A stretch of DNA of 64,000 nt from Chloroflexota bacterium (lineage in GTDB: Bacteria > Chloroflexota > Dehalococcoidia > UBA2979). The notes beneath the pieces are model-generated. The model made no database searches. It had not been told where the DNA came from and saw nothing but the letters and a program-made list of their open reading frames with translations. The position numbers and the translations under genes were made by a program. Location: positions 1-64,000 of the forward strand of contig JAQCIU010000007.1 in assembly GCA_027593235.1 (NCBI GenBank). Reading direction: 5' to 3'. Positions 49,886 to 60,009 of the stretch are shown here, one piece after another (position 1 is the first letter of the stretch; each line of letters begins with the position of its first letter).

Positions 49886-50692
49886 CTAGCGGCCGACGAA
49901 GTTGGGGGCGCGCTTCTCGCGGAACGCCAGCGGTCCTTCCTTCGAGTCCTCGGTGGACTGGACGATCGTCATTGCGTGCTGGGCGGCGTTGAGCGCCTCC
50001 ATGAAGGAGAGCGTCTCGCTGCGGCGGACGAGTTGCTTGGCGAGCTGGATCGCGACGGGCGGGCCGGCGGCGAGCTTCAGCGCGTAGGCGCGCGCCTCTT
50101 TCATCAGCGATTCGTGCGGGACGACCTTGAGCACGTAGCCCATCTCCAGCGCCTCAGCCGCGCCGAACATCGTGCCGTTCCAGATCAGATCGAGGGCGCG
50201 CTGCTTGCCGATGAGCCGGGGCAGCAGCCAGCCACCACCGTCGCCGGGAATGAGCGCGACGTTGACGTACGACATCGCGAAGCGCGCCTGCTCCGAGGCG
50301 ATGCGGATGTCCGCCATCGAGACCATGTCCATGCCCGCGCCGACGGCCGCGCCATTGACGGCGGCGATGTACGGCTTGTCGAGGTATTCGAGGGCCTGAG
50401 GCACGCGGTGGACACTGTAGCGGAGGGAGTTGCGGCGCTCGGCCGGGCCTCGATGCTGCTGGAGGGCGTAGTCGTCGTCGCCCTGCGCCTTCAGATCGGC
50501 GCCGGCGCAGAAGGCGCGGCCGGCACCGGTGATCAGCACGACGCGCACATCGTCATCGTCCTGGCAGCGGATCACGGCGTCCGCCCACTCGGTCAGCAAT
50601 GCCTCGCTAAACGCGTTCATCCGCTCGGGACGATTCAGGGTGATCGTGGCGACGCCACTCTCGATCTCGAAGAGAATCGCCTCGTACGCCAT
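49886..50692 (-). CDS. enoyl-CoA hydratase/isomerase family protein
   Basis: LNRPERMNA, FCAGADL, AAVNGAAVGAG, AFREKRAP. Confidence 0.92.
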   Translation of the reverse strand: MAYEAILFEIESGVATITLNRPERMNAFSEALLTEWADAVIRCQDDDDVRVVLITGAGRAFCAGADLKAQGDDDYALQQHRGPAERRNSLRYSVHRVPQALEYLDKPYIAAVNGAAVGAGMDMVSMADIRIASEQARFAMSYVNVALIPGDGGGWLLPRLIGKQRALDLIWNGTMFGAAEALEMGYVLKVVPHESLMKEARAYALKLAAGPPVAIQLAKQLVRRSETLSFMEALNAAQHAMTIVQSTEDSKEGPLAFREKRAPNFVGR

Positions 50693-50863
50693 GCCGCCAC
50701 CTCGATCTCAACGTGTGCCCGTGTTCGCTGGTCAGATCGGGAGTGTACGTGCGCGCTGTGGATGACGCGTCCCCGTCGGGAATCCGTCAATTCTGGCCGG
50801 AATGCGGATCATCACGTCCGGCGCTAGTCAGCGGTTGCGTGGAGACAGTACGGTGGCGCATCG

Positions 50864-52480
50864 ATGTCGCGAACTGGTCTTGTCGCACTCCTCCTCCTCG
50901 TCGCCTCGATCCTCGCCTGCGAGCAAGCTGGCGATCTGATCCCTGGCCAGGGGTCCGCGACGCCCGAAAGCACCGTGGGTACAGACCCGACGCCGATCGT
51001 AGTGACGCCCGATCTGCAGACCGGTAGCGACACGGCCACGCCGACGCCGTCGATCCCGGATCACGAACTGGCTCGATCCGTGGTCCAGATCCGGGCGGTC
51101 GATACGGCGAACGGACTGGAACGAACGACGCGCGACGGCAGTGGCGTGATCGTCGACAGCGAGGCCGGTCTGATCCTGACCGCGTATTCGATCGTGCGTC
51201 CGTATCTCTCAACCGGCGCACCTGCGTACACAACGATCGCGATTGGCGTGAACGACGGAAACGGCGGCGCGCCACGACTGGAGTACGAAGCGCGGTTGGT
51301 CGCGCTCGACGAGTTGCTTGGTCTGGCGGTGCTCCGTGTGACGAGCGAATACGGGGGCGACGCACTGCCCTCGGACGGCCTCGTCTTTCCGGCAGCGGAC
51401 CGTGGCGACGCCTCGATCGTGGAACCGGGGAACGCGCTGCGGCTGTTCGGGCACCCCGGGCTGTCGGGTTCCTCGGCGGAGTCGCAGACGCTGACGGTGA
51501 CCGAGGGCAAGGTGACCGGGCGGCGCGGCGAACCGGATCACGCAGGCACGACGCGGTTGAAACTCGACGTGCAGCTCCCCTACGGCACCACCGGTGGGCC
51601 GGCCTTCAACCGAGGCGGATCGGTAGTGGGCATCCTGGTGCCGGAGCACTACAACGTGGGCGCGCCGGTCACCCAACTCCGCCCGATCAACGTCGCCGAG
51701 GCCCTGATCGCGAGTGCACGCGCACTACCGGAAGGCGTTCCGTTCATCGCGCCGCTCCACGCCCAGGAGCCCCCGGGCGGGTTCGAGGCGCCGATCCCGA
51801 CGGACCAAATCTGGGTCAGCGAGCCCTACTTCGCGGAAAACACGACGAACACAGCGGGACAACTCGATCTGTTCGACTACGAGCGCGGGTTTGTGAGCGG
51901 GACCCAGGAGCTGTACTTCGAGTACGTCGTCCAGGGCGCGCAGACCGGCGCGATGGTGGAAGAGCGCTGGTACCTGAACGATGTCCTCCAGGACGCGCTC
52001 TCATCTGACTACGCGTGGGATCGATCCACGTTCGCGTTCGTCGCGGACAAGATCAGCGTCGCGGGCGCGGCGCTGCCGGATGGACGCTGGCGACTGGAAG
52101 TCTGGGTGAACGGCACGCTCCGCGCGGATGCCACGGCGGTGGTAGGCGTGGACCTGGATCCACCGGTGATGTTCAACCCGGTCTTTGGATCGCTGGCCGG
52201 CGCGTCCGGTCAGAGCCTGAGCGGACCGACCGCCGCAGCCAGCCAGATTCTGCTCTTCTTCGATTACACGGGGATGGACATCACCGGCGGTGTGCGCTGG
52301 TTGATCCAGCGCGACGGCGAGCTGATGTACCAGTCGCCGGAGATGCGCTGGCCGGGTGATGCGCACGGACGGTTCTGGATCGGCTTCTCCACGCCTGACG
52401 GGGTCGGTGCGGGGCGCTGGACGTTCCAGGTGCTGGTGGACGGCGCGCAAACGCTGGAGTCCGCCTGGGACGTCTTCTAG
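50864..52480 (+). CDS. lipoprotein with a trypsin-like domain lacking the catalytic triad
   Basis: ILAC lipobox; GSGVIVD, LTAYSI, LGLAVL, GTTGGP. Confidence 0.75.
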   Translation: MSRTGLVALLLLVASILACEQAGDLIPGQGSATPESTVGTDPTPIVVTPDLQTGSDTATPTPSIPDHELARSVVQIRAVDTANGLERTTRDGSGVIVDSEAGLILTAYSIVRPYLSTGAPAYTTIAIGVNDGNGGAPRLEYEARLVALDELLGLAVLRVTSEYGGDALPSDGLVFPAADRGDASIVEPGNALRLFGHPGLSGSSAESQTLTVTEGKVTGRRGEPDHAGTTRLKLDVQLPYGTTGGPAFNRGGSVVGILVPEHYNVGAPVTQLRPINVAEALIASARALPEGVPFIAPLHAQEPPGGFEAPIPTDQIWVSEPYFAENTTNTAGQLDLFDYERGFVSGTQELYFEYVVQGAQTGAMVEERWYLNDVLQDALSSDYAWDRSTFAFVADKISVAGAALPDGRWRLEVWVNGTLRADATAVVGVDLDPPVMFNPVFGSLAGASGQSLSGPTAAASQILLFFDYTGMDITGGVRWLIQRDGELMYQSPEMRWPGDAHGRFWIGFSTPDGVGAGRWTFQVLVDGAQTLESAWDVF

Positions 52481-52538
52481 CGTTCTTGGGGCCGAGCACG
52501 CGGAATCCCGTGGCGAGCGACCCCTCAGGCCAGCACCG

Positions 52539-53492
52539 TCAGCTCAGCAGTGCCTGTAGCTGTGCGCGCGTGACGTTGGCACCGGAACAGACGAGGACGA
52601 CGCGACGGCCACGGAGCCGTTCGCGCTGAGCCAGCGCCGCAGCACCTGCCGGTTCCACCAGCAGGTGCTGCAGATCCAGAAGCAGCACGACCGCCTGATT
52701 GATGGCGTCATCATCGACGAGCAGGAAGTCGTTGAGGCTGCCACGCATGATCGCGAGCGGGAGCGCGAAGCCCTCGCCGGTCGCAAGGCCCTCGGCAGTG
52801 GTCAGGTTCGGACGGACGACCAACTCGCCGGTTCGCCAGGACTCGTAGGCGGCGGGTGCCTGCGCGGACTGGACGCCCCAGACCTCGGCGGGATGCCCGA
52901 GGCCGTCGCGAACGGTCAGCCAGCCGCAGACGCCGCTCCCGGCGCCGACGGGCACGATCACCAGCTCGATGTCCGGCTGCTGGTCCTCGAGGACCTCGAG
53001 GGCGGCGGTGCCCACGCCGGCGATCAAGGCCGGCTCGTCGGCGGAGGAGACGAAGCGCATGCCGGTGGCGTCCGCATGCGCCTTCGCGGAGCGGATCGCG
53101 TCATCGAAGCGGGCGCCACCCTCGTGAATCTCGGCGCCGAGCCGGCGGATCGCGGCGACCTTGTCGGGATTGGCGCCCTCAGGGACGAAGATCGCGGTAC
53201 GGACGCCGTAGATCCGTCCGGCGTACGCGATCGACTGGCCGTGGTTACCGGTCGAGGCAGTGACGAGGCCGGCGGCGCGTTCGTCGGCGGAGAGCTGCGC
53301 GCCGAGGTTGAGCCCGCCGCGCACCTTGAACGCGCTGACCGGCGTCGCCAACTCCAGCTTCAGCGACACCTCGGCGTCCAGCAGCTCGCTGAGCGCCGGG
53401 GACGCGACCAGCGGCGTGGGAAGCGAGAGCGCCGAGGCGATCTCAACCGCCGCCGCTCGAACATCCTCGATCGTCGGCGGCCGGATCGTCAT
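52539..53492 (-). CDS. threonine/serine dehydratase family PLP enzyme
   Basis: AFKVRG, STGNHG, PVGAGSG, VEPAGA, CSGAN. Confidence 0.9.
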   Translation of the reverse strand: MTIRPPTIEDVRAAAVEIASALSLPTPLVASPALSELLDAEVSLKLELATPVSAFKVRGGLNLGAQLSADERAAGLVTASTGNHGQSIAYAGRIYGVRTAIFVPEGANPDKVAAIRRLGAEIHEGGARFDDAIRSAKAHADATGMRFVSSADEPALIAGVGTAALEVLEDQQPDIELVIVPVGAGSGVCGWLTVRDGLGHPAEVWGVQSAQAPAAYESWRTGELVVRPNLTTAEGLATGEGFALPLAIMRGSLNDFLLVDDDAINQAVVLLLDLQHLLVEPAGAAALAQRERLRGRRVVLVCSGANVTRAQLQALLS

Positions 53493-53529
53493 CGCTCGCT
53501 CCTCGGATCAGCGCTCGATCGGCGCGCGG

Positions 53530-54654
53530 TCAGTCGAGCGCGCCTGATTCGTACAGCGCATCGACGAACGAGGCGATGAATGCCTCGTTGACATCGGTGG
53601 GCTGCTCAATCACCTCGAACTGGATCAGGAGATCGACCAGCGCCTGCCATTGTTCCGGATCGGAGCGACCAATGCCGTCGGCACGCTGCGCGGCGGCGAG
53701 ATCGGTCTCCAGCAGGAACCGCTGGTGCTCGGGATCGGCTCCGTCGGCGTAGACGAGGGTGGCCTCGACCGCGGCGTCCAGGTTGTCCTCGATGAACGCG
53801 ACCGCGCGCAGCGTGGCGCGGAGGAAGCGCTCCACGAGCTCCGGATCGTTCGCGATCGTTGCCTCGGTAGCCATGTAGGTGAGGCCGAGGGTGGGGACGC
53901 CGAACGCGTCCGGATCGATCACGTTGATGTCGACGCCGGCGCGGCGGACGGTGTCCGGCTCGTTGTTCAGGAAGACCGGGTAGATATCGACCTGGCGCTC
54001 GATGAAGGCGCGTGGATCGAAACCGACGGCGACCAGCTCGACATCATCGACAGTGAGACCGACGGTCGCGAGCAGCGCGTGTAACTCCGCGGGTACGACG
54101 CCGGCCTTGAAGCCGACGGTGTGCCCGGCGAAGTCGGCCGGGCCCTCGATGCCGGAATCGGCACGGGCGATGAAGCCCTGGTCGCCGCGCTGGCCGAAGA
54201 GCGCGATCGCGCGCACGGGCAGCTCGTCGACCCGCCGACGGATCACCTGGGCGGCAGTGCCGGTGGTGAACGCGATCTGACCGTCGAGCAGCAGCTTCAG
54301 GTGCTCGTCCTGGCCGGACGAGTGCTGGATATTGACATCGAGGCCCTCATCGGCGAAGAAGCCCTGGGCCTCCGCGACGTAGACGGCGACGAACGGCAGG
54401 TTCGCCTGCGGCCGGAAGCCGGCCATGAAGGTGATCTGGCGCGGTTCGGGCGTTTCGGTGGGCGCCGTGGTCGCCGATTCCGTGGCGACGAGGGTGGCCG
54501 TCACCTCGGCGGTGGCGCTGGGTGAGGCGGTGGCGGCGGACGAGTCGCCGTCGTCGCCGCAGGCGGCAGCGACGAACAGTAGCGACGCGGCAAGTACGGC
54601 GAACAGGACAAGGCGCGGCGATCGGGCAGCCGCCGGTGCGACAGAACGCAACAT
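53530..54654 (-). CDS. ABC transporter substrate-binding lipoprotein (NMT1/THI5 type)
   Basis: AAAC lipobox; AGFRPQANLPF..YVA..QGFFA.EGLDV; PELVERFLRA. Confidence 0.88.
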   Translation of the reverse strand: MLRSVAPAAARSPRLVLFAVLAASLLFVAAACGDDGDSSAATASPSATAEVTATLVATESATTAPTETPEPRQITFMAGFRPQANLPFVAVYVAEAQGFFADEGLDVNIQHSSGQDEHLKLLLDGQIAFTTGTAAQVIRRRVDELPVRAIALFGQRGDQGFIARADSGIEGPADFAGHTVGFKAGVVPAELHALLATVGLTVDDVELVAVGFDPRAFIERQVDIYPVFLNNEPDTVRRAGVDINVIDPDAFGVPTLGLTYMATEATIANDPELVERFLRATLRAVAFIEDNLDAAVEATLVYADGADPEHQRFLLETDLAAAQRADGIGRSDPEQWQALVDLLIQFEVIEQPTDVNEAFIASFVDALYESGALD

Positions 54655-54755
54655 GACAGGGACTCCAGAGTGCGGAGCGTGCATCCGCGCCGTTGGCGCG
54701 GGCGCTACACGCGTGGCGAATTCGTTCGGGACGCATCCGCGGCGTTGCGCGGGAG

Positions 54756-55628
54756 CTACGACCCGGTCATCGAGGCGTGCCAGAACAGCACGCGACGTTC
54801 AATGTACGCAACCAGCGCGGTGAGGATCACCCCGAGCGTGGAGAGCACCACGATTGCGCCGAACAGAACGGGGGTGTCGAAGTCGCCGTTCGCGATCAGG
54901 ATGAGCTGTCCCATCCCCGAGGAACCGGAGAGGAACTCGGCGACGACGGCGCCAATCAGCGACAGCGGCACGGAGATGCGCAGCGCCGCGAACACGTACG
55001 GCAGCGCCGACGGCAGCCGCAGCGACCAGAGCACGCGCCAGCGCGAGGCGTCGAGGGCACGCATGAAGTCGAGGGCCGCCGGGTCCACGGCGCGCAGCCC
55101 GATCAACGCGTTGACGAGCATCGGGAAGAACGCGATCAAGGCGGCGATCGCGATCTTCGGACCGATGCCGAACCCGAACCAGATCGCGAACAGCGGGTAG
55201 ACCGCGACGATCGGCGTGACCTTGATCATCAGCGCCGGCGGATAGAGCGCCCGCTCCAGCAGGCGTGAGTGCGCCATCACGACGGCGAGCGCGAACGCAC
55301 CGAGACTGGCCACCAGCAATCCGCCGAGCGCGGCGGCGAGCGACTCGCGCGCGGCGGTCGCGAAGCGCCCGGGATCGTCGCGCAGGGCCTCGAAGACGGC
55401 GGAGGGGCGGGGGACCAGGTACTCCGCGATCTGGCGTTCACGCACCCAGAACTCCCAGGCGATGACCAACACCACCAGCGCGACGAGTGGCGGGAGCGCG
55501 ACGGCGAGCGAGCGACGTAACTGCACGCCGAGACTCGCCCGTGGCGCGCGGACCACGCCCGCGCCGCCCGTCACACCGGGCGCATTGGCGGCGCCGGGCA
55601 CGCCGTCGAGCCAGCCGGTTTCCTGCAT
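54756..55628 (-). CDS. ABC transporter permease (SsuC/TauC type)
   Basis: P.PSAV, PLFAIWFGFG, LRLPSALP, GAVVAEF. Confidence 0.92.
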   Translation of the reverse strand: MQETGWLDGVPGAANAPGVTGGAGVVRAPRASLGVQLRRSLAVALPPLVALVVLVIAWEFWVRERQIAEYLVPRPSAVFEALRDDPGRFATAARESLAAALGGLLVASLGAFALAVVMAHSRLLERALYPPALMIKVTPIVAVYPLFAIWFGFGIGPKIAIAALIAFFPMLVNALIGLRAVDPAALDFMRALDASRWRVLWSLRLPSALPYVFAALRISVPLSLIGAVVAEFLSGSSGMGQLILIANGDFDTPVLFGAIVVLSTLGVILTALVAYIERRVLFWHASMTGS

Positions 55629-56455
55629 CAGGCGCCCGCCCGTAACAGTGCGCGGATGTGCTGCTCGGCCTCGAGGAACGCGGGCGCGCTCAGCAGCGCG
55701 TCGCTGCGCGGGCGGGGTAGCGCGACGGCGACGTCCTCAAGGATCCGTCCCGGCGATCCGCTCATCACGACGACGCGATCGGAGAGCAACAGCGCCTCAC
55801 GGATCGAGTGGGTGACGAACAGCACCGACATCCGTTCGCGCTCCCAGAGCGCGAGCAGTTCCAGGCGCATCGCCTCGCGCGACAGTTCATCGAGCGCGCC
55901 GAACGGCTCGTCCATCAGCAGCAGTCGGGGCCCAACGGCGAGCGCGCGCGCGAGTGCGACGCGCTGCTTCATCCCACCGGACAACTCGCCCGGGTAGAGG
56001 CCGGCGTAGCGATCGATCCCGACGCGCTCGAGCCAGCCGTGGGCGGCGCCGGCTGCAGGCGAAGCGGCACTCGATCCCGCGAGGTCGATCGCGAGCTGGA
56101 CGTTCGCCTGCACGGAGCGCCACGGCAACAGGCCCGGATCCTGCGTGACGAGTCCCAGCGCGCGATCCCGACGCGCCAACCGCGGCGACGCCCCGAACAC
56201 CTCGATGCGACCGCCCGAGGGCTCCAGTAGTCCGGCGACGGCGCGCAGCAGCGTGGTCTTGCCGCAGCCGGACGGCCCGACGATCGAGACGAATTGGCCG
56301 GCCTCGATGGTCAGATCGACGGCGCTCAGCGCGCTGACGGTTCCGCTCTCCGCCGCGTAGGTGTGTTCGACGCCGCGAATCGCGATCGCCGCCGCGGCGC
56401 CCTCCGGGGTGGCGCCGGCCGGCGATGAACGATCGACGGTCGGACTGGGGGTCAT
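55628..56455 (-). CDS. ABC transporter ATP-binding protein (SsuB/TauB type)
   Basis: GPSGCGKT, LSGGMKQR, LLMDEPFGALD, VTH. Confidence 0.93.
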   Translation of the reverse strand: MTPSPTVDRSSPAGATPEGAAAAIAIRGVEHTYAAESGTVSALSAVDLTIEAGQFVSIVGPSGCGKTTLLRAVAGLLEPSGGRIEVFGASPRLARRDRALGLVTQDPGLLPWRSVQANVQLAIDLAGSSAASPAAGAAHGWLERVGIDRYAGLYPGELSGGMKQRVALARALAVGPRLLLMDEPFGALDELSREAMRLELLALWERERMSVLFVTHSIREALLLSDRVVVMSGSPGRILEDVAVALPRPRSDALLSAPAFLEAEQHIRALLRAGA

Positions 56456-56514
56456 CGCGTTCCGTCCGGTGCACGCGCCGTTCCGGTATCCGATCGGGCG
56501 CGCAGATGCGCAAC

Positions 56515-56529
56515 GAACATTGTATGTTC
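56515..56529. promoter_or_regulatory. palindrome GAACAT-TGT-ATGTTC overlapping a minus-strand TACAAT -10
   Basis: lies between the divergent ABC operon and fno-cofE. Confidence 0.5.
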
Positions 56530-56683
56530 CGAGGCGGTCGACTCCGCTTGCTCGGACGGCCCTCAGCAGTCGCACGGTCGTGATTCCATCGCGGCGCCAC
56601 CGTCCACCCTCGATCACGCGGAAGCGCCGACGAACGGATCGCCGAGCGACCGGCACGCGGATCAGATACAGATCGGAACCCCC

Positions 56684-57367
56684 ATGACTCATCGCATCGC
56701 GCTGGTCGGCGGCACCGGCCCCGAAGGCCGCGGCCTCGCTACCCGCTTCGCCAAAGCAGGCCACACGGTGGTCCTCGGTAGCCGCGACGCCGCGCGCGGT
56801 GCGGAGGTGGCGGCGGAACTGGCGGCCAGCCTCGCGGTCAGCGCTCCCTCGGCCACTACGGTCACCGGCAGTGACAACGAAACCGCGGTCGCGGACGCCG
56901 ACGTCGTCGTGGTCGTCGTGCCCTACAGCGCGCACCGCCCCACCCTCGAGGGCCTCGGCTCCGCGCTGGACGGCAAGATCGTCGTCGACGCGGTCGTGCC
57001 GGTGCAGTTCGATCGCGGCCCGCGGCCGATCGAGGTCGCAGCCGGATCCGCCACCGAGGAAGCGAAGCAGATCCTCCCGGAGGCGCGCGTCATCGGCGCG
57101 TTCCACAACCTCTCCGCGGAGGTCTTGCTGGAGCCCGATGCACCGCTGCACGCGGATGTGCTGGTCACCGGCGGCGACCAAGAGGCGAAGGCGCTGGTCA
57201 TGGCGCTCGCCAACGAGATCGAAGGCGCACGCGCCGTGGACGCCGGTCCGCTGCGCTTCTCGCGGTTCGTCGAAGGGATCACGATCTTGCTCATCGGCAT
57301 CAACGGTCGCTACAAGACACATTCCGGCATCCAGGTGGCCGGGCTCGATGGCGAGGCGTCGTCATGA
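56684..57367 (+). CDS. npdG: NADPH-dependent F420 reductase
   Basis: GGTGPEGRGLA, LGSR, GAFHNLSA, DAGPL, LLIGIN.RYK. Confidence 0.92.
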   Translation: MTHRIALVGGTGPEGRGLATRFAKAGHTVVLGSRDAARGAEVAAELAASLAVSAPSATTVTGSDNETAVADADVVVVVVPYSAHRPTLEGLGSALDGKIVVDAVVPVQFDRGPRPIEVAAGSATEEAKQILPEARVIGAFHNLSAEVLLEPDAPLHADVLVTGGDQEAKALVMALANEIEGARAVDAGPLRFSRFVEGITILLIGINGRYKTHSGIQVAGLDGEASS

Positions 57368-58167
57368 CCCCTCCCAGCGATGCGCGAAGCAACGTGCCGA
57401 GCAACGCGGCGGCAAGCGGCGAACTGCGGATCATCGGCCTGCGCGGCATCCCGATCGTGCAGCCGGACGACGACATCGCCGCGCTGATCATCGAGGCCGC
57501 GACCGCCCAGGGCGTCGGGATCGAGGACGGCGACGCGATCGCCGTCACACAGCGGATCGTTTCGCGCGTCGAGCACCGCCTGCGCCCCCTCGAGGAGTTC
57601 GAACCCAGTCCGTTCGCGCTCGCCTACGCCGAGCGGACGGAGAAAGATCCGCGCGTCGTCGAAGCGGTGCTTCGGGAATCGGTGCGGGTGATCCGCCAGG
57701 TCGGTGGGGTGTTCCTCACGGAAACCCGCCACGGGTTCAAGTGCGCGAACGCGGGTGTCGATGGATCAAACGTGGGGAGCGAGGGCGTGATCTCCCTGCT
57801 GCCAATCGACCCGGACGGCTCGTGCGCGCGGATCCGCGCGCGAATCCTGGAGCTGACCGGCAAGGACGTGGCGATCGTGATGACGGACACCTTTGGGCGT
57901 CCGTGGCGTCACGGCCAAACGAACGTGGCGATCGGGGTCGCCGGGATGCTCCCGTTCCGCGACTACGTGGGGAAGCCGGACATGGACGGTCACGAACTTC
58001 GCGTCACGACGATCTGCATCGCGGACCAGATCGCCGGGACGGCGGAACTGGTGATGGGCAAATCCGATGGCGTGCCGGTCGCGATTATTCGCGGCTACGA
58101 CTACCCGCGCGGCGAAGGGGCCGCGTCCGAGATCGTTCGTGAGTCGGCGCTTGACCTGTTCCCCTAA
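57364..58167 (+). CDS. cofE: coenzyme F420-0:L-glutamate ligase
   Basis: GIPIVQPDDD, TRHGFKCANAGVDGSN, DTFGRPWRHGQ.NVAIG, DLF. Confidence 0.93.
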   Translation: MTPPSDARSNVPSNAAASGELRIIGLRGIPIVQPDDDIAALIIEAATAQGVGIEDGDAIAVTQRIVSRVEHRLRPLEEFEPSPFALAYAERTEKDPRVVEAVLRESVRVIRQVGGVFLTETRHGFKCANAGVDGSNVGSEGVISLLPIDPDGSCARIRARILELTGKDVAIVMTDTFGRPWRHGQTNVAIGVAGMLPFRDYVGKPDMDGHELRVTTICIADQIAGTAELVMGKSDGVPVAIIRGYDYPRGEGAASEIVRESALDLFP

Positions 58168-58240
58168 GCAATCGATTTCTGACAATCGGCGAAATAGTGC
58201 GCGCAGCGTGGCCCGGGAGCAACGCAGGCTCTAGCCTGCT

Positions 58241-59575
58241 GTGATGTTCGAGGCAGAAACCAGCGACGAGGATCCAGCGCTCCTCGAGTCGATGGAGCGC
58301 AACCTCCGGCTCCTCGGCTGGTGGTGGTGGCTGCGCGTGTTCTGGCTCGGCGAGGCGATCTGGGTCGTCTACCTGACCGAGGAGCACGGGCTGACGCTCG
58401 GCCAGATTCTGCTCTTCGAAGCCGCCTACGCGGGAACCGTGCTGGTCACCGAGGTGCCGTCCGGGATATTGGCCGATCGCTTCGGTCGCCGTCGCCTGCT
58501 GCTGGCGGCAGGCGTGATCTTCATGGCCGGGCTGCTGATGTTTGGTCTTGGCACCGGCCTGCTGATGCTGATCATCGCCTACGCCGCGTTTGGCGTATCG
58601 GACGCGTCGATCTCCGGCGCGGACAGCGCGATGCTCTACGACTCACTCCAACCGCTAAAACGCACCGACGAGTTCGAGCCAAAACTGGGGCGGTTGAACG
58701 CGTCGTTGATGGGCGGCTTCGCGGCGATGACGATCGCCGGATCGTTGATGGTGCGGTGGACGTCGCTCTCGTTCCCGATCCTGCTCTCGGCCGCGCTGAC
58801 GCTGCCGAGCCTCCTATTCGTCCTGAAGATGCGCGAGCCCCCGCGCGAGCACCAAAGCTCAAGCTTCCGTGCGATCGGCATGAGCACGCTCAAGAAGATC
58901 GTGACGACCCGTTCGATGTGGTCGGTGGTGCTGCTCGGCACGGTAACGCAGCAAGCGATCGTGCTAATGGCGATCGTGCAGCAGCCGGTGCTGCTGCAGT
59001 TCGGGTTCCCGATCTGGAGCCTTGGCCTGTTCGTCGCGGTGCAGATGCTGGTGGGCGCCGCCGGATCGTGGACCGCCGGGGCGTTAGGACAGCGGATTGG
59101 CCTGCGCACGCTGTTCCTGGTGGTCCCGTTGATCAGCGCGCTCTCACTGCTCGCGGGGATCTCGGATTGGCCCTGGATGTACGCCTTCTTCATGCTGCCG
59201 GGGGCCGGGTTCCACCTGGTCTTCCCGCACGCCTCCGGGTTCCTCGCTCGCCGTGTCAGCGAGGGCGAGCGCGCGACCGTGATCTCGATGGCCTCGATGG
59301 TTGCGAGCACGGCAACGCTGGTGGTGGCGCCGGTGGTCGGTCTGCTGGTGGACCGCTCCAGCCTCGATACGGGGCTGATCGCCGCGGCGCTCAGCCTCGC
59401 GGCGCTGGGACTCTTCGCGTACCTCGTGTGGGTCACAAGCGACGACACGAACCGCGATCCGCGGGGCGCGGCGCGCCCGACGCTCGAGGGCGTCGCCACC
59501 GCGGCGGACAGCGGCCCCCCGTTGCCTCGGAGCGACGAGGCGCCGCCGTTCGTCTTCCCGCACGGCCACCCGTAG
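58241..59575 (+). CDS. MFS transporter
   Basis: EVPSGILADRFGRR, SGADSAMLYDSL, RATVIS. Confidence 0.9.
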   Translation: MMFEAETSDEDPALLESMERNLRLLGWWWWLRVFWLGEAIWVVYLTEEHGLTLGQILLFEAAYAGTVLVTEVPSGILADRFGRRRLLLAAGVIFMAGLLMFGLGTGLLMLIIAYAAFGVSDASISGADSAMLYDSLQPLKRTDEFEPKLGRLNASLMGGFAAMTIAGSLMVRWTSLSFPILLSAALTLPSLLFVLKMREPPREHQSSSFRAIGMSTLKKIVTTRSMWSVVLLGTVTQQAIVLMAIVQQPVLLQFGFPIWSLGLFVAVQMLVGAAGSWTAGALGQRIGLRTLFLVVPLISALSLLAGISDWPWMYAFFMLPGAGFHLVFPHASGFLARRVSEGERATVISMASMVASTATLVVAPVVGLLVDRSSLDTGLIAAALSLAALGLFAYLVWVTSDDTNRDPRGAARPTLEGVATAADSGPPLPRSDEAPPFVFPHGHP

Positions 59576-59629
59576 CATCGAACCGGCACGACACCGCGCG
59601 ACACCGCGCCGCGCGCGAGGGGGTTCGAT

Positions 59630-59962
59630 GTGACCGAGGACGCCCGCACGCCCGAGACCAGCGAGACCGCCGGGACCCCCGAGGGTGCCGCGGACAGCAC
59701 CGGCATGGAGAACGCGCACGAACCAGCCGCTGTCGCGTCCGGCGCCGGCGAGCTGCTGCGCGACGCGCTGGTGGACGCCGACGATCCGCGGTTCCCGATC
59801 TGGTTGCCGTTGCCCGGCATCGCCGCGGCGAGCGGCTGGGCGCTCTACGATGCGAGCGCGGCGGGCGGATCGTTTCTCCCGACGCTGCTCTGGCCGGGGA
59901 TCGCGATCTTCCTCGGCACGACCCTCGCGAGCTGGCTCGGCTGGCAGCTCGACATCGACTAG
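59630..59962 (+). CDS. small membrane protein
   Basis: acidic N-terminus, two hydrophobic helices. Confidence 0.6.
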   Translation: MTEDARTPETSETAGTPEGAADSTGMENAHEPAAVASGAGELLRDALVDADDPRFPIWLPLPGIAAASGWALYDASAAGGSFLPTLLWPGIAIFLGTTLASWLGWQLDID

Positions 59963-60009
59963 ACGCGCCGCGCGACAGCGCCCGCCGCGATGACACACCC
60001 GGGAACGCG

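Noticed and set aside
56456-56683. TPP or FMN riboswitch before the NMT1-type ABC operon, or SOS box at 56515
   Set aside because: Conserved aptamer motifs are absent; GAAC-GTTC spacing is 7 rather than 4
58321-60009. 909-aa ORF as a long holA fusion
   Set aside because: The N-terminal part is an Arg-rich shadow frame over the MFS; the real start is ATG 60010
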